Assembly (NCBI RefSeq): GCF_900187275.1
Contig: NZ_LT906458.1
Location: 1,170,001 to 1,202,000, forward strand
Origin: Pasteurella multocida
GTDB lineage: Bacteria > Pseudomonadota > Gammaproteobacteria > Enterobacterales > Pasteurellaceae
DNA length: 32,000 nt
Direction: 5' to 3'
Shown here piece by piece: positions 1-10,555 of the stretch (its first letter is position 1; each line of letters starts with the position of its first letter). The translations under genes were made by a program, and so were the position numbers. The notes beneath the pieces were generated by a model that saw only the letters and a list, made by a program, of their open reading frames with translations, did not search any database and was not told where the DNA came from.

Positions 1-904
1 ACATGCTTTGTTATTTAAAGAAAAGCCAGACTATTCGTTTATCTTAGCGGAGAATGGCAGCGTACAAGCCATTCAAGCACAATATCGTCGCATTGCGAAT
101 CAAATGGTAGAGGAATGTATGATCCTCGCCAACATTTGTGCTGCACACTATCTCGATGAACATGCTAAGTGTGGTATTTTTAATACGCATTCTGGTTTTG
201 ATAAAAAATACCTAGAGAGTGCACATCAATTTTTATTAAATCAGTTAAGTGATGAAACAAACCAAGCCGTCTTAGCAACACGTTATTCTGTAGCGAATTT
301 AACAACATTAGCGGGCTATTGCCAAATGCGCCATGATATTGAGTTATTAAATAGTGACTATCTCGAATTGCGTTTACGTCGTTTCTTAACATTTGCTGAA
401 TTTAAATCTGAAATCGCACCGCACTTTGGTTTAGGCTTATCGGGTTATGCGACCTGGACATCCCCGATTCGTAAATATTCCGATATAGTCAATCATCGCT
501 TAATTAAAGCTGTGTTAACCCAACAAACTTGTGAGAAACCGCAAGATGACCTGTTCGTACGTTTGCAAGAAGCGCGTCGTCAAAACCGTTTAGTAGAGCG
601 TGATATTGCAGATTGGCTTTATTGTCGTTATCTGGCAACACAAGTGGAACAAAAACCAACATTCCAAGCGGAAATTCAAGATGTGATGCGAGGGGGATTA
701 CGTGTGCAACTGCTTGCTAATGGTGCACCGATGTTTATCCCTGCCTCCTTAATTCACGACAATAAGGAAGCGATTCAAGTCAATACGGATACGCTTACTC
801 TGTCTATTCAAGGTGAAGTGAAATATAAATTAGGAGATATCATTCAGGTGCAACTCTTGGACGTGAAAGAAGAAACGCGTAGTATTGTCGGCACTCTTTG
901 TTAA
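1..904 (+). CDS. rnb: Exoribonuclease II (RNase II), C-terminal ~300 aa; 5' end off the left edge
   Basis: The frame is open from the window edge. It carries the RNB-domain motif HFGLGLSGYATWTSPIRKYSDIVNHR (RNase II-type, not RNase R-type) and a C-terminal S1-like segment. Confidence 0.9.
   Translation, partial: HALLFKEKPDYSFILAENGSVQAIQAQYRRIANQMVEECMILANICAAHYLDEHAKCGIFNTHSGFDKKYLESAHQFLLNQLSDETNQAVLATRYSVANLTTLAGYCQMRHDIELLNSDYLELRLRRFLTFAEFKSEIAPHFGLGLSGYATWTSPIRKYSDIVNHRLIKAVLTQQTCEKPQDDLFVRLQEARRQNRLVERDIADWLYCRYLATQVEQKPTFQAEIQDVMRGGLRVQLLANGAPMFIPASLIHDNKEAIQVNTDTLTLSIQGEVKYKLGDIIQVQLLDVKEETRSIVGTLC
418..426 (-). repeat. Uptake signal sequence core (AAGTGCGGT), inside rnb
   Basis: Exact 9-mer accgcactt on the plus strand. 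Confidence 0.9.
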
Positions 905-907
905 ATG

Positions 908-945
908 TAAAAAGGGAAATCACTGATTTCCCTTTCTTTTTCTTA
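908..945. terminator. Bidirectional rho-independent terminator between convergent rnb and murA
   Basis: 10-bp stem aaagggaaat (911-920) / atttcccttt (926-935) with a 5-nt loop. It is flanked by an A-run upstream and a T-run (ctttttctt) downstream. Confidence 0.8.
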
Positions 946-957
946 TTAAGCCATGGC

Positions 958-2250
<1,293 letters not shown>

Positions 2251-2255
2251 TTATT

Positions 2256-2513
2256 TCAAGACGGCTGATTGAGTAAGCGTTCACGCTTCCATTTTTCAAC
2301 TGTATAGGTTTTAATTGTTAATGCATGAATTGCATTACTTGAAATATGTGCCATTAATGGGGCATAAATTAATTGTTGTTGCTTTACTCTCGATAAACCC
2401 GCAAATTCATCGCTCACAGCAATTACACCATAGTGTGCATTTTCGCCTTGTACATACACTTCATCTAGCTTTAAGGCGTCTTTTAAAATTCGTTCTATTT
2501 CTTGCGTTTCCAT
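2256..2513 (-). CDS. ibaG: BolA-family acid-stress protein IbaG (YrbA)
   Basis: 85 aa, collinear with E. coli IbaG (..SRVKQQQLIYAPLM..IHALTIKTYT..EW). Synteny mlaB-ibaG-murA is kept, and it overlaps the mlaB stop by 19 nt. Confidence 0.9.
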   Translation of the reverse strand: METQEIERILKDALKLDEVYVQGENAHYGVIAVSDEFAGLSRVKQQQLIYAPLMAHISSNAIHALTIKTYTVEKWKRERLLNQPS

Positions 2514-2872
2514 TTATCATTTCCGTCGGATTGAACAAATGTTGCTATCCAGTCAGATAGCCCAAATAAATCCGCCAATGTCAATAATTGGCGCGGTGCA
2601 TTATGTAAAATAATACTTGTCTCTTGCTTCATCACTTTCTGGCAATGCCTAATAAAATCACACAATAAAGCAAATCCTGCCGAATCGACTCTCGCGACAT
2701 CTGTCAAATCCCAGTATAAGGTTTGTACCTGGCTCTTTTCTTCAGGCAAAAAAGAAGCACGCTGCGACCATAGCGGTAGCAACGTGTCACGAGATAACTC
2801 TCCGGCTAATCGGAGCGTTATCTTATCATTATTTTGTTCGCTTGCCCAAGTTAAACTTTTATCCATTTTCAT
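2495..2872 (-). CDS. mlaB: Mla phospholipid transport STAS-domain subunit MlaB
   Basis: 125 aa STAS-like protein (LAGELSRDTLLPLW...ARVDSAGFALL) in the mlaFEDCB position. The start could instead be the second Met, 6 nt downstream. Confidence 0.85.
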   Translation of the reverse strand: MKMDKSLTWASEQNNDKITLRLAGELSRDTLLPLWSQRASFLPEEKSQVQTLYWDLTDVARVDSAGFALLCDFIRHCQKVMKQETSIILHNAPRQLLTLADLFGLSDWIATFVQSDGNDKWKRKK

Positions 2873-2876
2873 GCGA

Positions 2877-3515
2877 TTACTTATTTAAGCTGACTGGTGT
2901 TTTAGCCGCTTTTTCCACTTGTTCTGTCAGTGCATCAAGACCACTTTTTACAATCGTTGGCGACCATTCTTTTTCTTTGGTTTCTACCATACTCACGCCT
3001 TCTGCACTCATATCAAAGACTTGCCATTTGCCTGTTTTACTGTTTTTGTACCAGTAGAACGTTAAATTTACTGGCGGCTGATTACCTGTTTGAATCACTT
3101 TCACACGAATACTGGCGGTTTTCTCTGTTGCATCCGTTTTCGGTTTTTCAATTTCTAATTTTTGATCAGAATACAGGGTAAGGACTTGAGCATAAGTTTG
3201 CTCGATATATTGCTCAAACGCCGTAAAGAATTTTTCTCTTTGTTCTGGTGTAGTGGTTTTAAAATTTTTCCCTAACACTTTTGAACCGGCATATTTCACA
3301 TGTACATAAGGCATCAGTTCTGCACGTACAATCGTTTTTAAATAATTCGGATCTTGCTTAATTTTCGCTTGATTGCTAGTGATATTTTTAAATAATTTAT
3401 CCGACACTTCGACCGTTAAATCATAGGGGGTATCCGCAGCAAAGGCATGCATAGAAACAAGTGCGGTCGCTATCACGACCATTTTTGCTAGCATTTTTTT
3501 CAACATGGTTAACAT
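2877..3515 (-). CDS. mlaC: Periplasmic phospholipid-binding protein MlaC
   Basis: 212 aa with a signal peptide (..ALVSMHAFA) and MlaC/Ttg2D-like sequence. AGGAG sits 6 nt before the ATG at 3515. Confidence 0.9.
   Translation of the reverse strand: MLTMLKKMLAKMVVIATALVSMHAFAADTPYDLTVEVSDKLFKNITSNQAKIKQDPNYLKTIVRAELMPYVHVKYAGSKVLGKNFKTTTPEQREKFFTAFEQYIEQTYAQVLTLYSDQKLEIEKPKTDATEKTASIRVKVIQTGNQPPVNLTFYWYKNSKTGKWQVFDMSAEGVSMVETKEKEWSPTIVKSGLDALTEQVEKAAKTPVSLNK
3459..3467 (+). repeat. Uptake signal sequence core, inside mlaC
   Basis: Exact 9-mer aagtgcggt. Confidence 0.9.
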
Positions 3516-3559
3516 AACATTCTCCTACTCAATTACATTCCTAAATTTCTTATCATACG

Positions 3560-4066
3560 CTACTGCGCTTTTGGTTCACCCTCTTCTTGGCGATCGTTTT
3601 TATTACGATCACCATATAAGAATTGACCGACTAAATCCTCAAGCACTAAGGCTGATTTTGTGTCAACAACCTTGTCACCCTCTTTCCACATCGCGACTTC
3701 ACCATCGTCAAAACCGATACTTAAGGCAATATATTGTTCACCTAATAAACCTGAGGTTTTAATTGATAATGAACTTGTTTCTGGAATTTCATTATAACGT
3801 TCATCAATCGCGACCGTCACAATGGGTAAATAACTTTTTGCATCCAGAGTAATATCTGCCACGCGTCCAATGACAACACCACCGACTTTTAAAGGTGCAC
3901 GGACTTTTAGTCCACCAATATTGTCAAAAGTTGCATGAATTTTATAAGATTTTGTTTCGCTAAAGCCCTGTATATTTGCCACCTTCAAACCTAAAAAGAC
4001 TAAAGCTGCCATGCCCAATAATAAAAACAAACCTACCCAAAATTCATAAATTCTTGTTTGTCGCAT
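3560..4066 (-). CDS. mlaD: MCE-domain outer-membrane lipid asymmetry protein MlaD
   Basis: 168 aa with an N-terminal TM anchor followed by an MCE domain (GLKVRAPLKVGGVVIGRV). Confidence 0.92.
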   Translation of the reverse strand: MRQTRIYEFWVGLFLLLGMAALVFLGLKVANIQGFSETKSYKIHATFDNIGGLKVRAPLKVGGVVIGRVADITLDAKSYLPIVTVAIDERYNEIPETSSLSIKTSGLLGEQYIALSIGFDDGEVAMWKEGDKVVDTKSALVLEDLVGQFLYGDRNKNDRQEEGEPKAQ

Positions 4067-4103
4067 AAAATTTCCTTTACATCCAACGCATTCAAGCGCT
4101 CAC

Positions 4104-4889
4104 CTATACACTCGCACCAAACATCAGTGCCGTTAATACAAAATCTAATCCCAACACAACCAATGAGGCATGGACCACCGTTCTTGTGGTCGCTTTACTA
4201 ATCCCTTCCGAAGTCGGAATACAGTCATAACCGTTAAATAACGCAATCCATACTACAGCGATAGCGAAACACAGGCTCTTGATAAAGCCATTAAGCAAAT
4301 CTTTTTCCCATGTCACCGCATTTTGCATCACCGACCAAAAACTCCCCGCGTCAACACCTTTCCAGTCAACCCCGACTAATGAACCACCCCAAATGCCAAT
4401 AGCGGTAAAAATAATCGCTAAAATCGGCATCGCGATCACGCCCGCCCAAAAGCGCGGAGCAATAACACGACGGAGGGGATCCACCGCCATCATCTCTAAA
4501 CTGGATAATTGTTCTGTCGCTTTCATTAAGCCAATTTCTGCCGTCAGTGCAGAACCGGCACGCCCCGCAAAAAGAAGAGCCGTGACTACTGGTCCTAATT
4601 CACGTAGTAAGGATAACGCGACGAGTTGACCTAAACTGGTTTCCGCGGAAAAATCCACTAACACAACATATCCTTGTAATCCCAATACCATGCCAATGAA
4701 AAGCCCTGACAACATGATAATCAATAATGATTGCACGCCGAGCACATGCAGTTGCTTAATTAATAACGGAGTATGCTTGCGCCATTGCGGTTTACCAATT
4801 AAAGCCCCAAATAACATAAAGCCCGCACGCCCAATGGCACGACATGAACTGATCGCGTGATGACCTAACTCTGAAATAAACTGGATCAT
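4104..4889 (-). CDS. mlaE: Mla ABC transporter permease MlaE
   Basis: 261 aa polytopic membrane protein, MlaE-like ([26 protein letters not shown]). It has a 4-nt ATGA overlap with mlaF. Confidence 0.93.
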   Translation of the reverse strand: MIQFISELGHHAISSCRAIGRAGFMLFGALIGKPQWRKHTPLLIKQLHVLGVQSLLIIMLSGLFIGMVLGLQGYVVLVDFSAETSLGQLVALSLLRELGPVVTALLFAGRAGSALTAEIGLMKATEQLSSLEMMAVDPLRRVIAPRFWAGVIAMPILAIIFTAIGIWGGSLVGVDWKGVDAGSFWSVMQNAVTWEKDLLNGFIKSLCFAIAVVWIALFNGYDCIPTSEGISKATTRTVVHASLVVLGLDFVLTALMFGASV

Positions 4890-5680
4890 TTAAAAAGCGC
4901 CTCCACATAATCTTCCGCGGGGAAATGAAAACGTACCGGCCCATCGGCTTCGCCGTCTAAGAATTGACGTACTTGCGGATCTTGACTTTGTAACAATTGA
5001 GAGGATATCCCTTCTGCAATCACGCGTTTATCCGCAATAATATAAGCATAATCAGCAATACTTAATACTTCCTGAACATCATGGGAAACCACAATAGAGG
5101 TCAAATTGAGTGCTTCATTCAAGCGTTTAATTAAACTTAAAATCACCCCCATGCTAATTGGATCTTGCCCAGCAAACGGTTCATCAAACATGATTAACTC
5201 AGGATCCAGTGCAATAGCACGTGCTAACGCCGCACGTCTTGCCATCCCACCAGATAATTCAGAAGGCATTAACTCAGCCGCGCCGCGCAAGCCGACAGAT
5301 TCAAGTTTCATAAGTACGATTTTACGGATAAGGCTTTCAGGTAAACGGGTATGTTCACGAATGGGGAATGCGACATTATCAAATGTGGAGATATCAGTAA
5401 AAAGGGCGCCTGATTGAAAGAGCATGCCCATTTTCTGACGCACTTGATAAAGTTCAGCATTCGATAATTGACAAATATCTTTTCCATCAAACCAAATTTC
5501 ACCTTTTTCAGGTTGTAGCTGTCCCCCAATTAGCTTTAACAAGGTTGTTTTGCCAATCCCGGAGGGGCCCATAATGGCCGTAATTTTCCCTTTTTCAACC
5601 CGCAAATTCAGGTTGTCATAAATCGTTCGCTCGCCTCGTTTAAAAGTGAGATGCTTCACTTCAATTAAGGGATTATTCAT
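4886..5680 (-). CDS. mlaF: Mla ABC transporter ATP-binding protein MlaF
   Basis: 264 aa with Walker A GPSGIGKT, signature LSGGMARR and Walker B IMFDEP. It is the first gene of the mla operon. Confidence 0.95.
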   Translation of the reverse strand: MNNPLIEVKHLTFKRGERTIYDNLNLRVEKGKITAIMGPSGIGKTTLLKLIGGQLQPEKGEIWFDGKDICQLSNAELYQVRQKMGMLFQSGALFTDISTFDNVAFPIREHTRLPESLIRKIVLMKLESVGLRGAAELMPSELSGGMARRAALARAIALDPELIMFDEPFAGQDPISMGVILSLIKRLNEALNLTSIVVSHDVQEVLSIADYAYIIADKRVIAEGISSQLLQSQDPQVRQFLDGEADGPVRFHFPAEDYVEALFK

Positions 5681-5830
5681 AAGATATTTTCCTAAAAGTA
5701 GGCTCTCAAAAACAAAGTGGGATATTCTATCAATTCTATCTGAATGTCAAATGTTGCCGAGAGAAAAGTTATCTATCTGTGACTCTAACATAAAAGCAAT
5801 CTCCCTTAAGGAAAAATTTTCTGAAATCCT

Positions 5831-5839
5831 ACCGCACTT
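5831..5839 (-). repeat. Uptake signal sequence core, mlaF-lptC intergenic region
   Basis: Exact 9-mer accgcactt followed by a T-rich flank. Confidence 0.9.
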
Positions 5840-5910
5840 TTATTGGTTTTATTAAAATTATGCTATGATTGCCATTTAATAACTCACTTTAATGACTTGA
5901 AATAGGTTTT

Positions 5911-6489
5911 ATGAATATTCGTTGGAATATAATTTTAGCAGGGCTTGCATTGGCTTTACTGGCTTGGTTTTATTCACTTAATCAAGGTGAACCGAGTCTA
6001 AATACCTTAATCAAAAAGCCTGATAGTCCCGAATATGTCGGACAAAAAATGAAAACCACGGTATTCTCACCAACAGGGAAAAAGCACTATGTTGCGATGT
6101 CGGATTCCGTTGAACATTTTGCCCTTTCAGGTCAAACGCACTTTCAAAAGCCAGAAGTGTATTTATTTGAATTAGAAACAGAAAATCAACTTTCCAATAA
6201 AGAAAATTGGAAAGCCAGTGCGAACAAAGCCATATTAACGAAAGAAAATATGCTGTATTTAGAAGGGAATGTTGTTGTGGAAAGCCTGTTAAGCCCTTCT
6301 CGTTTACAGCGCGTTGAAACAGAAAGTGCGGTCATCAATTTATCTACGCAAGATATTAGCTCGGAACACGCCGTGAAAATTTATGGTCAACATTTTCATT
6401 CTACGGGTTTAAAACTCACCGGTAACTTACAACAACAAATCGCGACTTTAAAAGAGCAGGTAAATACATACTATGAAATCAATAAATAA
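5911..6489 (+). CDS. lptC: LPS export system protein LptC
   Basis: 192 aa with an N-terminal TM anchor and an OstA-like fold sequence. It lies immediately upstream of, and overlaps, lptA. Confidence 0.88.
   Translation: MNIRWNIILAGLALALLAWFYSLNQGEPSLNTLIKKPDSPEYVGQKMKTTVFSPTGKKHYVAMSDSVEHFALSGQTHFQKPEVYLFELETENQLSNKENWKASANKAILTKENMLYLEGNVVVESLLSPSRLQRVETESAVINLSTQDISSEHAVKIYGQHFHSTGLKLTGNLQQQIATLKEQVNTYYEINK
6324..6332 (+). repeat. Uptake signal sequence core, inside lptC
   Basis: Exact 9-mer aagtgcggt. Confidence 0.9.
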
Positions 6490-6985
6490 CATTGTCATTT
6501 TCACGACATTATTCGCCACCGCATTACCTGCTTTCGCTTTGAAAAGCGATACAAAGCAACCGATTAATGTGGTTTCCGATAACCAATCTTTAGACATGGA
6601 CAACAGCGTGGTAACCTTCACGGATAATGTGGTTATTACACAAGGCTCTATCCTCATTAAAGCCAGTAAAGTGATCATCACTCGCCCCCCTGAAAATTCT
6701 GGTAAAAAAGACACCATCGAAGCCTTTGGTAAGCCGGTGACGTTTTACCAAAAACTTGATGATGGGAAACCTGTAGAAGGGCATGCCAATCAGGTCCATT
6801 ATGATCTCACTCAGGAATTTTTAACCTTAACCGGTAATGCAGAACTCAAGCAATTAGACAGTAAAATCAACAGTGACGTGATTACTTATGATGTCAATAA
6901 ACAACAATTAAACGCTAACAGCACGCAGGGTTCTCGAGTCAGAACGGTTTTAATTCCTACTCAATTAAACGAGAAAAAGAAATAA
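6473..6985 (+). CDS. lptA: LPS export periplasmic protein LptA
   Basis: 170 aa with a signal peptide (..ALPAFA) and LptA/OstA_N sequence ([30 protein letters not shown]). Confidence 0.93.
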   Translation: MKSINNIVIFTTLFATALPAFALKSDTKQPINVVSDNQSLDMDNSVVTFTDNVVITQGSILIKASKVIITRPPENSGKKDTIEAFGKPVTFYQKLDDGKPVEGHANQVHYDLTQEFLTLTGNAELKQLDSKINSDVITYDVNKQQLNANSTQGSRVRTVLIPTQLNEKKK

Positions 6986-6993
6986 GGTTTTCT

Positions 6994-7719
6994 ATGTCAA
7001 TTCTTTATGCTGAACATTTAGCAAAAAGCTACAAAAGTCGCCAAGTCGTTTCTGATGTGAGTCTCACCGTTAACTCCAATGAAATCGTGGGCTTACTCGG
7101 TCCGAACGGCGCGGGAAAAACAACGACATTCTATATGGTGGTCGGTTTAGTCCAGCACGATCAAGGTAAAATTCGCATTGATGATGAAGATATTAGTCTA
7201 TTACCTATGCATAATCGGGCACAACGTGGTATCGGTTATTTACCTCAAGAAGCCTCCATTTTTCGTCGTTTAAGTGTCTATGATAATTTAATGGCGGTGT
7301 TAGAAATACGTAAAGATTTGACGCCAGAACAACGTCGAGAAAGAGCGGATGAACTGATTAATGAATTTAACATTGATCATATTCGCCATAACTTAGGTCA
7401 ATCCCTCTCCGGCGGAGAACGTCGCCGTGTTGAGATTGCACGTGCTCTAGCCGCCAATCCCAAATTTATCCTACTTGATGAACCTTTTGCTGGTGTTGAT
7501 CCGATTTCCGTGATCGATATTAAAAAGATCATCATGGATTTACGCGATCGTGGCTTAGGCGTTTTAATTACCGATCACAATGTCAGAGAAACCTTAGATG
7601 TTTGTGAACGTGCTTATATCGTGAGCGCGGGAAAAATGATTGCCACTGGCACACCTGAGCAAATTCTAAATAATGAACAAGTGAAACGTGTTTACTTAGG
7701 TGAAGAATTTAAACTCTAG
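6994..7719 (+). CDS. lptB: LPS export ABC transporter ATPase LptB
   Basis: 241 aa with Walker [18 protein letters not shown] and [11 protein letters not shown]. Highly similar to LptB. Confidence 0.97.
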   Translation: MSILYAEHLAKSYKSRQVVSDVSLTVNSNEIVGLLGPNGAGKTTTFYMVVGLVQHDQGKIRIDDEDISLLPMHNRAQRGIGYLPQEASIFRRLSVYDNLMAVLEIRKDLTPEQRRERADELINEFNIDHIRHNLGQSLSGGERRRVEIARALAANPKFILLDEPFAGVDPISVIDIKKIIMDLRDRGLGVLITDHNVRETLDVCERAYIVSAGKMIATGTPEQILNNEQVKRVYLGEEFKL

Positions 7720-7721
7720 TT

Positions 7722-8240
7722 ATGATTAAATTTACAGAATTACTCAAACCTGAAAATATTCGTCAAGGGCTGATTTGCTCAAGTAAAAAACGTTTATTTG
7801 AAATCATCACACAAGTGATCGCAGATCAAATTCAATTAGAAAACGCAGAACAACTTTGTTTTGAGTGTTTATTAAGCCGTGAAAAGATGGGGAACTCAGG
7901 CTTAGGCAACGGGATTGCCATGCCTAAAGCGAGAATCCCAGAAGGCAATCAACCACTGGCGGTGTTTATTCATTTAGATTCACCCGTGGACTACGAGTCT
8001 GCCGATCATCGTGATGTGGATTTAATCTTGGCGATTTTAGTACCCGAACAACTGTGTGAACGCTATATCAGCGCATTACCAGAAATTGCCGAAAAGTTTT
8101 CAGATAAAACCTTGTGTAAACAATTACGTAATGCACAAAATGTGGATGAAATCTGGCAAATTTTTGAAAATGTGGATCAATTGAATACACAGGAAAACGT
8201 AACAAAAGCCTCAGCAGAAACAACAAAAGAAACAGAATAA
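7722..8240 (+). CDS. ptsN: PTS EIIA-Ntr homologue (PtsN) lacking the canonical phospho-acceptor His
   Basis: 172 aa, collinear with E. coli PtsN ([17 protein letters not shown]..). Residue 69 is Lys (AAA, 7926-7928) where E. coli has His73 (GIAIPHG). The gene sits between lptB and rapZ. Confidence 0.88.
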   Translation: MIKFTELLKPENIRQGLICSSKKRLFEIITQVIADQIQLENAEQLCFECLLSREKMGNSGLGNGIAMPKARIPEGNQPLAVFIHLDSPVDYESADHRDVDLILAILVPEQLCERYISALPEIAEKFSDKTLCKQLRNAQNVDEIWQIFENVDQLNTQENVTKASAETTKETE

Positions 8241-8269
8241 TCTGTTTCCGCTTAAAGGGGGAAAAGCGT

Positions 8270-9136
8270 ATGGAAATTATCATTATTAGTGGGCACTCTG
8301 GTGCGGGCAAGTCCGTTGCTCTCCGTTGTTTAGAGGACATTGGCTATTATTGTGTTGATAATTTGCCCTTAGACTTACTCCCCCAATTAGCCTCGATTCT
8401 TTCGACGAATCAGCAATCCGTTGCGATTAGTCTAGATATTCGTAATTTACCTCACTCCTCAAAAACGTTAGAAAATCTCCTTACCGAAGTACAACAGCAA
8501 CACCAAATCAAATTGATTTTTTTGGATGCTGACAGAGGCACGCTTATTCGTCGCTACAGTGACTCGCGGCGTTTACATCCGTTGTCCACTCAAGATCTTT
8601 CCTTGGAAGCTGCGATTGATGCAGAAAGAAAATATTTAGACCCGCTCACACAACATGCGGATTTAATTATTGACACCACTCGTCTTTCCACCCATGAATT
8701 AGCCGAGCGATTACGTGATTTTTTATGTGAAAAATCAGATAAAGCCTTAAAAATTATTTTTCAATCTTTCGGCTTTAAATATGGTTTACCCTTAGATGCC
8801 GATTATGTCTTCGATGTACGTTTTTTGCCTAATCCACATTGGATTCCCGAATTACGCCCACTCACTGGCTTAGATGCGCCTGTTGCCGAGTTCTTAAATA
8901 AACAAAATGAAGTCAATCACTTTATTTATTTAACACGCAATTATATTGAAACCTGGTTACCTATGTTAGAACAAAATAACCGTAGCTATCTGACAATTGC
9001 GATTGGCTGTACAGGAGGGAAACACCGTTCTGTCTATATCACCGAACAGTTAGGGGAATATTTCCAAGCTAAGGGGAAAAACGTGCAAATTCAGCATAAA
9101 TCCTTAGCAAAACATAAAAAAGCGAATACACAATAA
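8270..9136 (+). CDS. rapZ: RNase adapter protein RapZ (YhbJ)
   Basis: 288 aa with N-terminal Walker A GHSGAGKS and a conserved C-terminal CTGGKHRSV motif. Confidence 0.95.
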   Translation: MEIIIISGHSGAGKSVALRCLEDIGYYCVDNLPLDLLPQLASILSTNQQSVAISLDIRNLPHSSKTLENLLTEVQQQHQIKLIFLDADRGTLIRRYSDSRRLHPLSTQDLSLEAAIDAERKYLDPLTQHADLIIDTTRLSTHELAERLRDFLCEKSDKALKIIFQSFGFKYGLPLDADYVFDVRFLPNPHWIPELRPLTGLDAPVAEFLNKQNEVNHFIYLTRNYIETWLPMLEQNNRSYLTIAIGCTGGKHRSVYITEQLGEYFQAKGKNVQIQHKSLAKHKKANTQ

Positions 9137-9137
9137 G

Positions 9138-10475
9138 CTAACTTCGCGGTCTTAAATCCGTTACTTGGCTAACAATTTCGCCGTCCGTCAAGCGCGTGAT
9201 CACAGGTTCCCCCACACTAACCTGCTTAAGTTGTGTAATTGCCATACCTTGCGCATTTTGTGCAATCGAATAGCCTCTTGCGAAGACTTTGAGTGGGCTT
9301 ATGCTATCTAATTTCGTACATAAAGCGGCGAATTGATGGTGTTTGAAGGTGAGCTCTCGTTTCCAAGCTACATCTAAACGGACTTTAAGTTGTGCCAAAT
9401 CCTGTTTTTGTTTCTGCAACGTAAATGGTAAGGGATTTTTCTCAACCCTTGCCCACAATACACGAAGTTGCGCCTGTTTTTGTTGTAATACTGCATGCAT
9501 TGACCAATCTAAACGATGTGTCAGTTGTTGCATTAACTGTTTCTGAGCCGAAAGTTGTCTTTGTGGATGCTGGTTATGCAAGCGCAAGCGTAAACGCTGT
9601 AATCTATCGTCTTTTTGTTTAAATAAACGATCTAACGCCATCTCTAGACGTTGACGTTGATAAACAAGTTGCTGTAATAAGGCCTGCTGATCTCGGCTAA
9701 CGAGTTCGGCTGCCGCTGACGGCGTAGGGGCACGTAAATCAGCCACAAAATCCGCAATCGTCACATCGGTTTCATGCCCTACCGCACTAATAATCGGGAG
9801 TTGAGAATGGAAAATTGCCCTGGCCACCATTTCTTCATTAAAACACCACAAATCTTCTAATGAGCCACCACCACGCCCCACAATCAAGACATCTACTTCC
9901 TGACGACGATTTGCCAGTTCAATCATTTGTACAATTTCCGCACTCGCCTCTTTACCTTGTACAGCTGTAGGATAAATCACGACCTGTAAGCTCGGATCAC
10001 GACGACGCAAAATCTGCAAAATATCCTGTAATGCGGCCCCGGTTTGTGATGTCACAATACCGACACTTTTACAAAATGGTGGTAAGCTTTTTTTCAAATG
10101 TTGAGCAAATAAACCTTCTGCTGCTAGCTGCATTTTCAATGCTTCAAATTGCTGCTGCAATAAGCCTTCACCTGCTGGGTGCATGCTTTCGATAATCAAC
10201 TGATAATCGCCACGAGGTTCATATAAACTGACACTGGCGCGCACCAGCACTTGCATGCCATTTTGTGGACGGAAACTCACGCGCATATTTTTCATACGAA
10301 ACATCGCGCAACGCACCTGTGCATTTTCATCTTTTAAGGTTAAGTACCAATGCCCCGAAACAGGTTGTGTGAAATTAGAAATTTCACCCGTCAACCAAAC
10401 TTGTCCTAGCTGATTTTCTAGCATAACCCGTACAGTTTGATTTAATTGTGAAACTGAGTAAATGTGTTCAGACAT
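9138..10475 (-). CDS. xseA: Exodeoxyribonuclease VII large subunit
   Basis: The XseA-like sequence runs from [16 protein letters not shown] (ATG at 10475; the track ORF extends 18 codons further upstream). It has an OB-fold N-terminus and a long coiled C-terminus. Confidence 0.93.
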   Translation of the reverse strand: MSEHIYSVSQLNQTVRVMLENQLGQVWLTGEISNFTQPVSGHWYLTLKDENAQVRCAMFRMKNMRVSFRPQNGMQVLVRASVSLYEPRGDYQLIIESMHPAGEGLLQQQFEALKMQLAAEGLFAQHLKKSLPPFCKSVGIVTSQTGAALQDILQILRRRDPSLQVVIYPTAVQGKEASAEIVQMIELANRRQEVDVLIVGRGGGSLEDLWCFNEEMVARAIFHSQLPIISAVGHETDVTIADFVADLRAPTPSAAAELVSRDQQALLQQLVYQRQRLEMALDRLFKQKDDRLQRLRLRLHNQHPQRQLSAQKQLMQQLTHRLDWSMHAVLQQKQAQLRVLWARVEKNPLPFTLQKQKQDLAQLKVRLDVAWKRELTFKHHQFAALCTKLDSISPLKVFARGYSIAQNAQGMAITQLKQVSVGEPVITRLTDGEIVSQVTDLRPRS

Positions 10476-10555
10476 GGTGATAGCCTTTGTAATGATTTGT
10501 GATCGGTTATCTTGCCCAACCGCGAACAAGATCCCCTAAAATGAAAAATACGCGG

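Noticed and set aside
5646-5855. 69-aa ORF spanning the mlaF start and the mlaF-lptC spacer.
   Set aside because: It overlaps the mlaF N-terminus on the other strand, has no SD and an AT-rich, skewed composition, and runs through the promoter and USS region.
8068-8340. 90-aa minus-strand ORF bridging the ptsN-rapZ junction.
   Set aside because: It is antisense to two recognised genes, its translation is a low-complexity L/R/F-rich repeat, and it has no RBS.
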